64,000 bases of DNA from the human T2T-CHM13v2.0 reference genome, Homo sapiens (GCF_009914755.1 NC_060925.1), one strand, 5' to 3'; positions 39,683 through 54,330 are shown, counted from the first letter of the stretch. A program made the numbers and translations. The notes: generated from the sequence alone by a model not told the origin.

Positions 39683-40524
39683 GTACCAACATAGCACCTA
39701 GCCTAGAGCCTGGCATAAGAAAGAAATTCAAGAAGTACTTGTTTAACAAAAAAATTATAATCTGTTGGTATTGATTTATTAAGGGTCTCTACAAACCACT
39801 TTCATTGCAATACATTGGTAGTCTAGAGAGAATAATAAAACTGGAGGTGAGATGAGCAATTACATTCAGAAAAGGAAACGAGCAGTTCTAAGACTCTCAT
39901 GATACAAAGCAAAATTAGTGGCAAAGTTAGGATTAACATTTTGTTTCTTGACTTCTATTCCACTGTTTTGTTATATTCTGTTTTTGTTTTGTCAATTATT
40001 TCCGTAATCCCACATATCAAAAAAATTTTAATATCCCTCACATGGGATATCATTCAGATCTTTTATATAACAGGGTGGGAAGGTACCAGTAACTAAATAG
40101 AAAAATTGGCAAATGGTATCTGTAAATATCAGGTCCCAGGAAAAAGAATTTGTGAAATCAGATGGTATAGTCTACCTTGTATTTCATTACATAAGGATGG
40201 AATATGGTACCACCCTTATGAGTACAAAATGATATTTTGAAAGCAAAGTAAGGAGGAGGAATACCTAGGCAATGGATAATATTAGGTACCTGAAACTTTC
40301 CTTAAAAAGCAGAATCTAATCCTAAAAAAATAGTGAATATGAGATAGAGGCTGTATAATAATACCCAAATCCAAAGGATCAGAAAAGTCTAGCACTATTA
40401 ACATTTAAACAACTTATAACTAACCTAATGAATCTGAAGAAAAATGCATTAACTAAGAGATTATCTCCATGTAGTGTGAGAAATGAAAGCCCAAGAGCCC
40501 TGAATAGGGAACAAAGGCAAACTA

Positions 40525-40700
40525 AGGCTCTTCAGATTTCAGGCAATTCTTTGGGGGTGCCTCAGGGGATGCTTGATGTGATAGGGGCCCAACAGGCAGA
40601 ACTCCAGGTCCCCAACCTCAATCAAGAGTAGCTCTGTCTTTACCTGCTTATATAATGGGCAGTCCTATCTTGTCTAATAACTAAAAGTGTTTGGAACCAG
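40525..40700. mobile_element. MER103C-like hAT-Charlie fragment
   Basis: ggtgcctcagggg...caatcaagagtagctctgtctttacctgcttatataatggg...aaaagtgtttggaaccag. Confidence 0.4.
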
Positions 40701-41469
40701 TTCTCTTATAGACATACATTTATAGAGAGATGGGCTTGCCAAGCAATCATAAATTGATGTCACCAGTTCTTAAAGAAATCCAACTCAGATTCTCTGCTTG
40801 ATAATCAATCTTGTGAAGGTAATTTGGCTTCATCAAAAATTACTTTCCAAAAGAGAAAAGAATATGTTGACCAGTTGGCTTGACTGCCTAATTAGACTGG
40901 AAGTTATATTTCTCATTGTAAATCAGTAAATCTGCATTCTTGCTCTACAGTGCTCCCTTAAAAGGGTGGCTTCACAATCCTCAGCCTAATTCTGGGTACA
41001 AAGATAGAATCAAGTTTTGATCCTGGAATGCTGGGGATTGGCCAATGAAGCATGGTGTCCCTGCCAAAGAGATCCTCCTGGTGAAGTTTGGACCACATAA
41101 TTGTACCATCACATTCTGAAAAGTTGTCTGTAAATTGGCATTATATGGAACATATATAGATACATATTTTTAATACATTAAGATCTTTCATCTTATCTAT
41201 AAACCTAGCTCCTGTATTTATGACACATTACTCTAAGATACTAAAATAATATATTTAAAACCAAAACACACTAGTATTTTTCTAAGTTAGTATTTCACTA
41301 CTCATATCCATGACTAAGCCTGAAAACTAATTTACAAATGGATGTCCTCAAATAGCAGGAACTCAAGAAATTAGTCAGCCCAAGCAATGGCTCTATACTG
41401 TGCCAGGGCCATGGGCCAAAAAAGCTATTGGCCAGGCCTTGCCTCTTTTCCCCACCACTTTCAAATGAT

Positions 41470-41471
<2 letters not shown>

Positions 41472-41532
<61 letters not shown>

Positions 41533-41533
41533 G
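41472..41533. repeat. (CA)n(GA)n microsatellite
   Basis: Direct reading. Confidence 0.95.
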
Positions 41534-42479
41534 AATATTTCTGCTTTTACCTATTTTAGTTGTAGGACTTTTCTGAAGAAGGTTAATTTGAACAAAAAGT
41601 TTTTTGACAAAAACTTATTCAAGAAAGCAGAGATCAAGATTGTTGAAGCAAATTGTTCAGTTTTACACAGCCAAGTAAAGGAAATTCAGAGCAAGAATTT
41701 AGAACAAACCCAATCTGGTGTCTCTCCAATACTGATGGCGATAGGAGATAGGGGCAGGAGGATAGAAAGTGGGCAAGGAAAGGTGCTTCAGGAATCAAAG
41801 GTAAGCCAGTTTGCAAGCCTGTGTAATATATCTAGCCCTGGAATTATTTGTGTTTTTACTTACTCTTTTCCATTTCAATTTAAGTCAATCCTCAAAAGTC
41901 CTCCCAAGGGAAAAAAAGTACAGCATATTAGTAAGTAAGCACAGGAAGCTCCATGATACATAGAGATTTTTTATTTCAGAAGCCCAACAAATAAGTCATA
42001 AGCTGGAAAATTACTTGTTAAGGTTCAGTAGGGTTCCTGGGAAATGGAATATGATTTTTACTGTGATTCAGTGCTATGGTATAGACAAACAATAAGCAGT
42101 ATATCTAATCAGATACACAAAGACAATGGAGAAACCTTTGCTTTCTTCTTCACCCAAAAGAAGAGACTGGGGGGACCAAAAGGGATTTTCCATACTCAAC
42201 AGGTAGAAAAATGAAAAACAAATAATAGAAAATATTAAAAACCCAAGGGGAAATGCTTAATGCTATTTTTAGGCTCTCTTTTCATAGCGTATTTTAAAAG
42301 GTCAATTGTGATATAGAGTATGCATCATTTATGATGGAAGGTAAAAAACTAAATTGGACTTGGGAGGGAAGTGGTTCAAGATTGCTTTTTAAAGTAGTGT
42401 ATTCAAATCAGTAAAGAGCAATGATACCCATTGCTAGGCTGATTGCTTCAATCAAACCCAGCAGTAAAAAGGCACTTCT

Positions 42480-42727
42480 TTAAAGAAGGTAGATGAGGAT
42501 ATACAACTGGTAAACAAAATCAGTAACGATGCTTTTGATAATGGGAGGATTTTTAAAAAGACAAAATATTGATTGGCAAAAATGGAAAGAAAGGGTAGAA
42601 GATGCAATTAACATGGATTTGTCAAGAACAAATTATCAGACAAATGTAATTTTCTTCTAGAAAAAAATGTTGGGAATTTTGTATGGGGTGGAGCCATAGG
42701 ATTATATGTGGACTTTAAAAACATTTG
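42480..42727 (+). mobile_element. L3/CR1 LINE reverse-transcriptase remnant
   Basis: Frameshifted translation HGFVKNKL/QTNVIFF...YVDFK resembles CR1 RT QHGFxKxKSCQTNLISF...YLDFSKAFD; probably extends further left. Confidence 0.6.
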
Positions 42728-42952
42728 TATGGAAGATAAGACCCAGAAACAGCAAATCACATAAAACAATTGTGGAACTCAAGAATTATACAGTGAACAC
42801 CATTGCCTTCACCATCCAGGTCAAGAACAGAAATTTTCAGCCTCCGCAGAAGACCTTCAGGTACCTCATTCTAATCTCAGCCTCCTCTTTGGACAGGGAA
42901 TAATTATTATTTGCATGGTAATCACTTCCTCGTATTTTTTGATATATCCATG

Positions 42953-43420
42953 TCTGTTGGTTTTCTAGGGCTATAATAACAAATTTATCATAAAGTAGGT
43001 GGCTTAAAACTACAGAAATTTTTTCCCTCTCAGTTTTAGAGGCCAGAAATTCAAAATGAAGGCATTGGCAGAGTTGGTTCCTCTGGGGGCTCTAAGAGAA
43101 GATTCATTTCATGCCTACTTCCCAGCCTCTGGTGAGTGCTGGCAATCTTTGGCATTTCTTGATGTGTAGCTGTCTCTACCTCCAATCTCTGTCTCTGACT
43201 TCACATAGTCTTTTCCTATGTGTTTATGTGTCTAAAATCTCACTCTCCTTTCTCTTATAATTGGATTAAAGGCTCAGCCTAAATCCAGGATGATACCATC
43301 CTAAGATCTTTAACTTAATTACATCTGCAAAGACCCTATTTTTACATAATTTCACATCTGCAGGTACTAGGTGGTGAGGACTTGGATATATTTTTTAGGA
43401 AATATTACCCAACCATTAGA
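42953..43420 (-). mobile_element. MLT1C MaLR solo LTR
   Basis: ggtggcttaaaactacagaaatt...ttaattacatctgcaaagaccctattt...; perfect 5-bp TSD ccatg (42948-42952 / 43421-43425). Confidence 0.88.
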
Positions 43421-43544
43421 CCATGTGTATATCCTTAGTCTCAATAGTTCAATAGTGCCTATTTATTATTTTTAATGTGTTATATGATTTAACTCTCTTA
43501 ATCTACAGGTCTCCCTCCATCCCTTTCTTTTCTTTAGTAAAGAA

Positions 43545-43700
43545 AATCTGTTGGTATTGATTTATTAAGGGTCTCTACAAACCACTTTCATTGCAATACA
43601 TTGGTAGTCTAGAGAGAATAATAAAACTAGAGGTGAGATGAGCAATTACATTCAGAAAAGGAAACAAGCTGTTCTAAGACTCTCATGTTACAAATTAGTG
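43545..43700 (+). repeat. Direct copy of 39759-39920
   Basis: 146/150 identical over 43545-43694, then a 6-bp indel and 6 more matching bases. Confidence 0.95.
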
Positions 43701-43773
43701 CTTTGTAACAGCTTATTAAAAGGGCTAAGCCCTTTAACCTGTTTCCCACCACCTTGATACAGCTGCTTGCATA

Positions 43774-44653
43774 TGCTAAGACTCCTTCCTTGACCAAACT
43801 TTAGATAGGCGCCTCTGAGCCCTCGTTTTGACTAGGCCTTGTTCTTGGGCCCTGTCTTTGGCCTGGCCAGTCCAAATTGCAGCAAGAGTCCTGATGAATC
43901 AGTTTAGCAAAAATTCCCCCATCCTTGATATTTGATCACTCTTGATATCTGATTAAATTCCATATCCCCCATCCTTGATATCTGTTTAAGCCTGTTTTGT
44001 GTTGCTATAACAGAATACCTGAGACTGGATAATTTATAAAGAAAAGACATGTCTTTATCTCTTGGTTCTTGTGGCTGAAAAGTCCAAAAGCATGACACCA
44101 ACATATGCTCTACTTCTGATGAGGGCCTCATGCTGTGTCAATATGGCACAGAAGCAGAAAGACAAATGGGTGTGTGCAAAGAGACATGCATGAGAGGCTG
44201 GGCTTGCTAATAAGAGCCTGCTTTCGTGGGGAACTAATCCATTCCTGTGAGAGTGAGAACTACTCACTTCTGTGACTCATAAGAGCAATGCCTCCATCAT
44301 CTAAACACCTTCCACGAGGCCCCAACTCCCAACACTACCATATTGGGAATCCAATTTCATCATGAGTTTTGAAGGGGACACACTCAATCCGTAACAATAC
44401 CTAATCACTCTTGCCTATCTTTGGCAAGAATCTTGTGAAGTCATTAGAATCCTCCTACTCTGGAGAACTCCTCTTAGTTATTTTTCGTCCACTGGCCCCC
44501 TCACCCTGCTCTTTGAGCTTAAATTCTCACTTTTCCTTCTGGTATTCAGAATTGAGTTCAGCTCAACACCAGTCTTGTTTTTCGATTGTAGTAGTTTCTG
44601 AATAAATCGATTTTACTGCTTTAACTAGTGACTAGCTCTTGTTTTCTTTGATA
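43774..44653 (+). mobile_element. MER31-type ERV1 solo LTR, split by MSTC
   Basis: ccttgaccaaactttag...ctctgagccctc...gactaggcc; internal atccttgatat repeats; tgaataaa...tttttctttgata. Confidence 0.8.
43983..44396 (-). mobile_element. MST-type MaLR solo LTR (MSTC-like)
   Basis: ttttgtgttgctataacagaatacctgagactggataatttataaag...gaactaatccattcc...catgagttttgaagggga; TSD atatc/atacc. Confidence 0.85.
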
Positions 44654-46599
44654 ACCCATGGTGCAGTTCAATATGTTCCTTTGTCCTCAGTATTTTATAT
44701 AAATGGGCAGCTGGATCTGGAAAATGGGTCAGACTCGTGTTCAATTCTCTGGGCAAATATGTAGGTGGTGGTGGTATGTTTTTTAACAGGAAGCCCCATT
44801 TTCTCTGGTTGTTTTTTTTTTCTGATGTTAGAAGCCTTTGATGTTCATGACTACATCCATAAATTGTGATATCCTAATTCTATCATTAATTTTTCCATTT
44901 ATTAGCTGTAATACTCTAATAATAATAAAACCCTTCCTGTCATCTACTCTTTGGTTTCCCAGTAGGTTATATTTCATGCAGGGAAAGCATGAAAAATGCT
45001 TCATCCTTTTCTCTGCAGTTTTCAAGATGATAAATTTGTCCTATATCATCCTTCAAAAATGACGAGTTAAATTTTTATTATGAATTCATGAACTCAAACA
45101 TAACTGTTGAGTCTTAATCAATTGACGTTATCATTCTTACTGTCATTCAAGTTTTCTCATTTTGGCTAATGGAAGCTTCATAAAATTATCTCCTATGTGT
45201 TTTTAACACAAACTCCATTAGTCTTTAATAGTTTCTCTGTGATCTGGCATGACAAGATGTTTTGAGCTCATCTGGTACATTTCTTGCACCAGAAATGGAA
45301 TCTCCAAGAATCGCTGATTTCTATCAAGATTATAGTCTTTCACAAAGGGAGATCAGTGTTATTTGGTTAGTCATTGTTTCTAGACCTTTGCAGTAGACAA
45401 AGCTAGAAAGTTTACATTTATACTTACATTTTTAGAAATAAAGTGCTTCACGAACCCATACTGATATTTCATATTTATATTTATATACTAATAAATATAT
45501 ACAGATATATACATATGTGTGTATATATTTATCTATATACAAACACATATCTGTAGGCTTTTGTTTTAACTCCTTCTGTGATAAAACATCTGTGTCTCCT
45601 TTCTTCCAGATCAAGATTCCTGGTTTTCATAAATACATGGAATGATAAACTTAGCCTATAGTTACTCATGTGCTTCATCCCATTTTAAATACTCACAAGT
45701 CCCAATAAAACAAGTCTAATACTAAAACAATCAAAACATCTTCTGCATTACCATCTTCCAATCTTCTCCTGATTTTTTATATTTTACTATCTCTACATTA
45801 TAGGAGCATATAGTCATTACATATTATACTCTCTCCCTTTTCAGTCCTTCTTAAGTCTAAATTCTATAAGTAAATATATATTTAATGCTCACCACCATTA
45901 ATTATGCTAATGTTTTTCTAGACATTTTGATTGTCTGAAATCTGCTCTCTAGCAGGTACTCCAAGAATGCCAGACAAGAACAATACTCCCTGAATTTTTT
46001 CATGTTGATAACATTTTTTCTATGCCCTTTATACTCGAAAATAAGTTTGGATAGATACAAAGCGTTGGACTCACATTTTCTTTTTTGATTATATTAACTA
46101 TGTTATTTCATTTTCTTCTAGCACAAAGTGATGTTGAAAAAATCTGATAAGAATCTATTATTTTTTCCTATAAATCACTTTCTTTTTTTGTTAAGATGCC
46201 TAAAGAAAATTTTTAGTTTGTCTCACTTTAACCTCAAGTAATTTTAGGAGAATATGTGTTGGTGTTTGTCATTCTGAGATTATATCCTTAAGTATGCAAT
46301 ATGTTTTTTCAACATGTAGTCCAAAACATTTTTTCTTAATTTCAGGCATGTTTTCTCCACTGGTGGTTTAATATTTGCTGTTTTCTTTATGTTTTTTTTT
46401 TTTTTTTTGGATGCTCTGAATGTTGGACCTTCTTTGTCTAGCTTCATTATTTTTCACTTTCATAAAATCCTTTATATTACAGTTGCCATTTCTTTTTAAT
46501 TATTAAAATTTTTCTCTTTTTAAGGTTCCATTTATCTTAAGGTATAATCTGCTGTGTTTCTTCTCTTGTGTTTATCCTTTTAGTCCTCTTTTTCTGAAA

Positions 46600-46994
<395 letters not shown>

Positions 46995-48329
46995 TGACAG
47001 TTTCTTAACGTGTTTCATTACTGTCGCTCACTTTTATGTGAAATTAGGTTCTTGAAGTGTAAAAAGAGGCATGGTTCAAATAGCTTTTCTAACTTAAGAA
47101 AGCTTTCCTTCCTGTTGTTTTGGGGTAATGTTAAAAAGTGTGACAGCTTGCTTTTTGAGACTTTCTCACTCCATTTCCCTCCCACAATTTTATCTGTAAA
47201 TTCTTTTCCTATTGTTTCTACTGCCCTGGTGGTGATTCATTTTAATTCCACTTCTGACAATTTCTCCTCCGTACAAGGCACTGTCCTGAAACAGCTGGTA
47301 AATTCTAAGAGGTCACAGGACCTAATCTGTTCCACACCCTGGAGACCTCATGATGAGTCCACTATTTGGGAATGATAAAACCTGTCCAAGTTTTATTTCT
47401 TGTTCTCCAATTGGGCCCCTCTGCTTTCCAGTGAATACTTGTTGGCTTTCTCCTCTTCTCTGATTCACTAAATGCTCCATTGCTTTCTTCTGCTTCCTCC
47501 TACACAGACACTGATACAATGCTCTCATGTAAGTCTTGGGGCTTTTGGCAATTTCTTTCTACCCAGTTGCATTTTGGGGTTCAGGAGTCTATCCTGTTAG
47601 TTTTATTGTAAATGTTATCCATGGGATTTGTGTTCTGCTATCTATTTTCTCTGACTGTGTTAAAGAGGATATTCAAAGACATTTAACAACTTTGCAGGCA
47701 CCTCCATCTTCCCAGAATGCCTCTGTTTGTACATACGTATTTTGACCTGCACAAAGAACCTATGCCATAACAATAAATATCTATGGAATGTACATTTCAG
47801 TTCTAGATTATGTTTACAATTTCTTTACACAGAGACTAGCACATAAATAGGTTAAGGGGGGCAACTGCATGAGTGTCTACTATCTTCTGTACATAAGCCA
47901 CAGAAACCAACAGTTCCATGAGCTTAGAGCACAACACAGAAAAATCTAGAGCCAATATTAACACCAGTTTCTTAAATACACAAACACATGCAAACACACA
48001 CATGCATATGTGCATTCACATCTGAGCTGTTGCCTGTTGACCTAACAGCTGGAAGTTGTCTATCAGAAAACATGCCATAAAACAGTAAAGGAATAGTACT
48101 GATCAGTTTGGTTCCAGTGCATGTTAGCAGGCACTTTTCAAACATTCTGAGTAGTAGCAAAAGGGTCTTTATATTATACCTTTGAATCACTCCATTCAAT
48201 GACATGGCATCATTTCACCTAAACCTGAATGGGTTTTATTGTTATGCGTTATTGAAAATGTTCAATTTGACATATAAAAAGTAGAGCAACTAGAATAGAT
48301 TCATTTGAAAAAATCAGAGATACATTTGA

Positions 48330-49066
48330 AAACTGCTACAACAAAACTAGGTGAATCCTGAAATAAAAGGATTTATGTCAACATGGAGATTAACCATTGA
48401 TAGGTACAAAACCCTCATAGTATCAGCACTTGTGCAAGAGGGAGTGGGGGGAAGGCAACTGTGCTTTAGACAGCCCTGGAAACAGAACTCAAAACAATTC
48501 GCAGGTACCCACTGGAAAGCAGAAGCATGGTGGGCAGTTGTCAACTAGAAGGGATTTCGGCAGAATCCAATCCCTTGTGGAAACTCTACAGCAAAAGCAG
48601 CCATTTTCTTCTGTATCAACCATAAGAAAAAAAAATGAGATGGAGAGGAAATCTGTAAAGTAAAAGACATTTAAAGATACATATCAACCAATGACACAGT
48701 TGAGACCTTGTTGGATACCAATTCAAGTAAATTAAAACAATTAAAAAGCCAGTAAAATATGAGCAATGAGTGGATACTTAATTATACTAAAGAATTACTA
48801 TTAACTTAGGTGTGACAATATTGTGGTTATGCTTTTTTAAATAGTCCTCATTTTCTAGAGATGCATATGAAATATTTATAGAAGAAATGAGATGACATTT
48901 TGGATTTACTTCAAAATAATGCAGGTGCTGGGGATGGGTGGGAATACAGATAATGGAATATTATCCATGTAATAATGATCATTGTTGAAGTCAGGTACAC
49001 TGGCTTCATTATACTAGTTTCTCTATTTCTGTATATGTTCAAATTTTTCTATGATAAAAAATAAAA
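48330..49066 (+). mobile_element. L1MC-type 3' UTR fragment
   Basis: aagaattactattaacttaggtgtgacaatattgtggttatg...ggatttacttcaaaataat...ttcattatact...aaatttttctatgataaaaa. Confidence 0.75.
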
Positions 49067-50089
49067 AGGAGATATCTAACTGAACAGATATTTAAAGAGG
49101 TTAAAAGGCAGAGGGCTACATCAATTGAGGGAGATGCACATTTTCAAAGAAGCAGGAAGAGAAGAGACACAAGCACAGGCATCACACAGAAAGCCACGCA
49201 CACAACTCAGGGCTCCTTGGGATGCTAACTGATTTCTTGGTCTCTTAGACACTGTGTCTAAAAGAGAAGGAAAATTGGATAAAGATTATATTCCGGGAGG
49301 CAATTAAACAGTTTTAAGCTCTGTTAGATTCTACAGCAAGAATCAAAAAGAAATAGAAAAGCACAGTCCATCATTCTCATTGCACTGTATTTTTTAGAAA
49401 AAAAATGAACATTTATTCACAACTTACAAAGTAAGTCAGTTCACATTGACCCTACTGATGCTGAGAAAGCAAATTCAAAAGAAGTTTCAGAAAGCAACAG
49501 AAGAAAAAGCAGGTTTGTCACGGATGACAGGTTGAAAATGGGAGGGACAGGGCATGAGGTATGGGTGAACTCTGTGTGCGTTTTTCATAATGGAGCCTGA
49601 AGCAGTACAGTTAGCCCTCGGACAGGGAGCAAATGACCTCATTTGAGTCCTTTCTTTCACACTTTCTAAGCCTGGACCTTATTTTTTCCAAGCCTCAGTT
49701 TCCTGCTTTGGCGTGTACACTGAATTGGCTCCAGGGCGCGGTGTGGGGATTTATGTCGGCAAGTGTGCTCTGTCAACTGTAAAGCCGACACTTTCCATCA
49801 CCCAAAGGAACTGCAGGACCTGGCACATAATGGGTGATTAATAAATCTGACTCTAGTACTGGAGCTCGGGGCCATTATGGTTTAAAGGCAAACATGAGGC
49901 AACTCCTGGCATCAAGATTTTCTCCTGTATTGCATTTCAAATGCTTCTCCCAAACCAAAGGCTCAGCAATTTTCACTCAGCATTACAAGGCCAAGAAGAA
50001 ATCAGGCTGTAAATTGGCTTTGGACTTTTCTGGTTTTGTTTTGACTCCTGTTTGAAATATAGGTTTAAAAAAAATGTTTCTAGCAGCTT

Positions 50090-50335
50090 TAATGTAAAAG
50101 CAGTGTAATTCTTAAGAACACAAGTATTTGGATTAAAATCCTAGTCTCATTATTTCCAAGCTCAGTGACCTTGGGCAAATGACCTTACCTCTCTAAACCT
50201 TAATCTCCTCATCTGTATAACAAGGATTACAATGCCTTTTTCTGGACTGTTGTAAGGATTAAATGAGATAAAATTTTGTATATAAAGTGTTTAGCCAGTC
50301 CTGGAACATAAGAAATGTCTGTAATAATAATAGAA
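50090..50335 (+). mobile_element. MIR SINE
   Basis: gtgaccttgggcaaatgaccttacctctct...ctcatctgtataa...gttgtaaggattaaatgagata. Confidence 0.8.
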
Positions 50336-50959
50336 TTACTAGCAGTACTTTGATTAACAATCATGCTAGGCAATTTCTTAGAGGTCTTCTCTTCCCAAAT
50401 TTGCTGTGGTCTTGACTGGAGTAACCTGAGCTCTAAGTTGAGAACAGTAAACACACAGTATATAAATTAAGGAGAAGGAATGTCATCAGTCCTCCTTTTA
50501 AGACAACCTCTTAGAAAGTTACATCCCTCCATATACACTTTCCCCCATCAGGTATGGTCTTGGATGATTACCTTAACAAATAAAATGGACAGAATGGGAC
50601 TGGAAACACTGCCCCAAATTCCACAGCCACTAAAAAATCATGAGTATAAGAGTAAATATCACAGTCTATCATTTGTGAACATTTCAATGTCTACATTATT
50701 GATTTGACCATTCCTAACACCTGCCCCTACTCACTGGTCTTAGAATCTCATTTAACCACAGTATCAGAATTATATATTTAAACTTTATACAGGTAACAGC
50801 CTATATATGAATAGCAACATAAAAATAATTTGCCTCCCCTTTCTCAGGTTTGGAATGGAGAAACAAATCACAAATCACAAAATTATTCTCATATACTTAA
50901 TATAGAAGAAAGCAGTTTGTCTCAGTATTAATGATCACTTCCTTCTTAATGTTTTGCAG

Positions 50960-51265
50960 TTTTTTCTTTTTTCTTTTTTCTTTTTTTGAGATGGAGCCTC
51001 GCTCTGTCGCCAGGCTGGAGTGGAGTGGCGTGATCTCGGCTCACTGCAACCTCCGCCCCCAGGTTTAAGTGATTCTCCTGCCTCAGCCTCCCAAGTAGCT
51101 GGGACTACAGGTGCACACCACCACACCCAGCTACTTTTTGTATTTTTAGTAGAGACGGGGTTTCACCATGTTGGCCAGGATGGTCTCGATCTCTTGACCT
51201 CATGATCTGCCCACCTTGGCCTCCCAAAGTGTTGGGATTACAGGTGTGAGCCACCGCATCCGGCC
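50960..51265 (-). mobile_element. AluSc-type
   Basis: ctgtcgccaggctgg, ccaggatggtctcgatctcttgacc (Sc diagnostics); T-rich tail. Confidence 0.95.
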
Positions 51266-53181
51266 AGGTTTTTCTATAAGACTTCGTTTTCCTCTCTCAT
51301 TCCTTTTTCTTTTTCTATCCAAGAAGCATATGCACATACTGTTTTCTCAAGAGCTAAGCTACATTGAGGTTTCCCTTCAAGAACCCACTTTTTACCCACA
51401 CATCATGGAAAAATCAGGACTAGCTGTCAGGTGAGACCTGTAAAACCAAGACTTTGCCACGGTGCACACAGATTAGATTCTCAAGCCACAGGTCAGCGCT
51501 GAAGTGGTAATGTGGGGAGAAGAGAGTTTTGTTGTCCTCACTCTCCTGAGACTACAGTGGAGTGAGGAGGCTGAGGGAAGACTCAAGGCAGGTCACTTCA
51601 TTTCTGAAATCTGCAAGGCCCTCACGATGACCCTGGTAGCCTTCCGGAGCACAGCCGTTTCTAACATGCAGCCTGGTGTCTCACACATCCTCCAGGAGGG
51701 AACTTATGGAGTGGAACAACTGTAAAATAAACAGTACCGAGAGATTCAATATGCTTGGTTCATTTATTTATTACAAAACAGAGTAGGACAGAGAGAACTG
51801 CATTTATACTCTTTTCTCCTCTGGTTATCATTTTCTTTGTTGTCATTTGCAAGCAAACCAACAGTGCTCAACAAAAAGCATGTTCTAACAAATGTTCTTT
51901 CCCTGAAATCAGTTTTGGGTACATGCTGCTAAAACTGTTCAATTTAGTGGCCTGAATGAGTCCAGTAGTTTGGGCCTGACATTTGCTTAGATCAAGTTTA
52001 GATTTGCATGACACCCACCTCATCTAGTTTTAAAACATTCATTCCCATAGAACTGGATACTCGGGGAGAAAGTAAGAGAGTTGCTGAGGAAATAACCATT
52101 GTCTTTTCTTTGCCATTATTGCTGGTGAACTCAGATTTAACATGCTAGCCTGCGGAGACAGTAGAACTGCGATGCTTCACGGATAGGCCCTCAACCACAG
52201 TGAAAGGCTGCCAGACACAGAGAAGTAAGGTACGGATGGATCAGTGCATACGCACCTCCCTGCTCTCCATCTTCCACCCAATTCATGCACATCGCCAGTA
52301 CAGTAAAGACACTTACATGGCTTGTCCTAGTCACAGCTGGGATGTGAAAGCAGATTCCACAATCCTCTCTCACGTTTCTTGCAGACATAACATAACAGAC
52401 AAACTATTCACCCCTTCTAGTCAGAAGAGGATGTGGGTGAAGAGAGCTGTCTTCTTATATGAAAGTCAGTGCTTCCTCATGACTCCAGCAGACCACGATG
52501 GAGTCAGAGGGATGAGGGGTGACTTTATGCTGCAGGCCAGATCCTGACCAAAAGCAAATTCCTCTCTGAGCGCCCTCATGCCTCTTTCCTTATCCTTGCA
52601 GCTTGAAAGCAAACCCAAACCCCAACAGCCTCTTAAGGACTAACTTGCTAGTGGGATATGGACAACTTCTTACCCTCAATATATCAGCTATATGTCGTCA
52701 TTAAGACAACCATTATTTGCTTGATTTCCCATAATAGAATTAATCTGTGTTCAATTTAGTCAGGCTAGTCCTGAAATTCATTTCTCACATCTACAATTCT
52801 GAGCATGTCAGGGAAGTGAGCTGTGATATTGTCATTCTAAAACAGCATAACAAAAAGGGAACATCTCCAAGCTGCTGCTCTTTTATATATTAGGATGACG
52901 GAGTCCAGAAGAAGCTCTCTTAACCAATTTCCACTTAATGGCTTCGGTAAATAAACTACACTCCCCTTCTGCTCTGTTCAACATCACACTAACTGAGGTG
53001 GAAGCACCTAAAGGCACAACATGTGACTCTCTGAATTCCCATGGACTTCTGCTCCCATAAGTTGAAAAGTAAGCATGCCAAAATTCAGTTGCACTTGCTT
53101 CCAAACCTGATTATAATAGTTGTTCTTCTTACTATCATTATGTAATTTAATGTAATATTAAATATAATTAAGAAATTTTAG

Positions 53182-53573
<392 letters not shown>

Positions 53574-53579
53574 CTAAAG

Positions 53580-54054
53580 CAGTGCTATCCAAGAGAAATG
53601 AAATCCAAACCACTTATGTAAATTTACATTCTCTAGTAGTCACATTTAGAAAGTAAAAAGAGGAGACAGACATGTGACATGTGCCTGTAGTCCCAGCTAC
53701 TCAGGAGGCTGAGGTGGGAGGATCACTTGAGCTCAGGAATTCAAGGTTACAGTAAGCTATGATTGTGCCACTGCACTCCAGCCTGGGCAACAGAGCAAGA
53801 CCCTATCTCAAAAAAAAGTACGAAGGACCAGATAAAATTAATTTTAATAATCTATTGTATTTTACTCAGCATATTCAAACCATTATTTCAACATATAATC
53901 ATATAAATTGAGATATTTTATGTTCTTTTTCTGTACTAAATCTTGGAAATCCAGTGGGTGTTTTACATTTCTGCCATCCCTTGCTTTTGACTAGCTCCAT
54001 TTCAAATGCACAGTAAACGCATGTGGCACATGTCTACTATATTGGACAGAGCAA
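53580..54054. mobile_element. MER33 hAT-Charlie MITE interrupted by an Alu monomer
   Basis: cagtgctatccaa ... attggacagagcaa ends; 8-bp TSD ctctaaag/ctctatag. Confidence 0.8.
53664..53817 (+). mobile_element. Alu right monomer (FRAM or 5'-truncated AluJ)
   Basis: gcctgtagtcccagctactcaggaggctgaggtgggaggatcacttgag...gaccctatctcaaaaaaa. Confidence 0.88.
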
Positions 54055-54109
54055 CTCTATAGAACTGCCATTTAGTTAATAGAGACAACTATTATGAACT
54101 GGGGGAATC

Positions 54110-54330
54110 TTTTTTTTTTTTTTTTTTTTTTTTTTGAGACAAGGTCTCTTTCTATCCCCGAGGCTGGAAAGCAATGGAACAATCATGGCTCACTGCAGCC
54201 TCAACCTCCTAGGCTAAAGGGATCCTCCCACCTTAGCCTCCTGAGTAGCTGGAACCACAGGTGAATGACACCATACCCAACTAATACTTTTTTTTGTAGA
54301 TACAGTGTTTTCCTATGTTGCCTAACCTGA
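54110..54330 (-). mobile_element. 5'-truncated AluJ
   Basis: Long T tail, gagacaaggtctc...atcatggctcactgcagcctcaacctcct...gatcctcccacc. Confidence 0.88.

Noticed and set aside
41387-41938. 183-aa ORF
   Set aside because: Reads through a (CA)n(GA)n microsatellite (THTH/RERE) and has no recognisable homology.
43915-43982. Repeated atccttgatat units
   Set aside because: Intrinsic to MER31-type LTRs.
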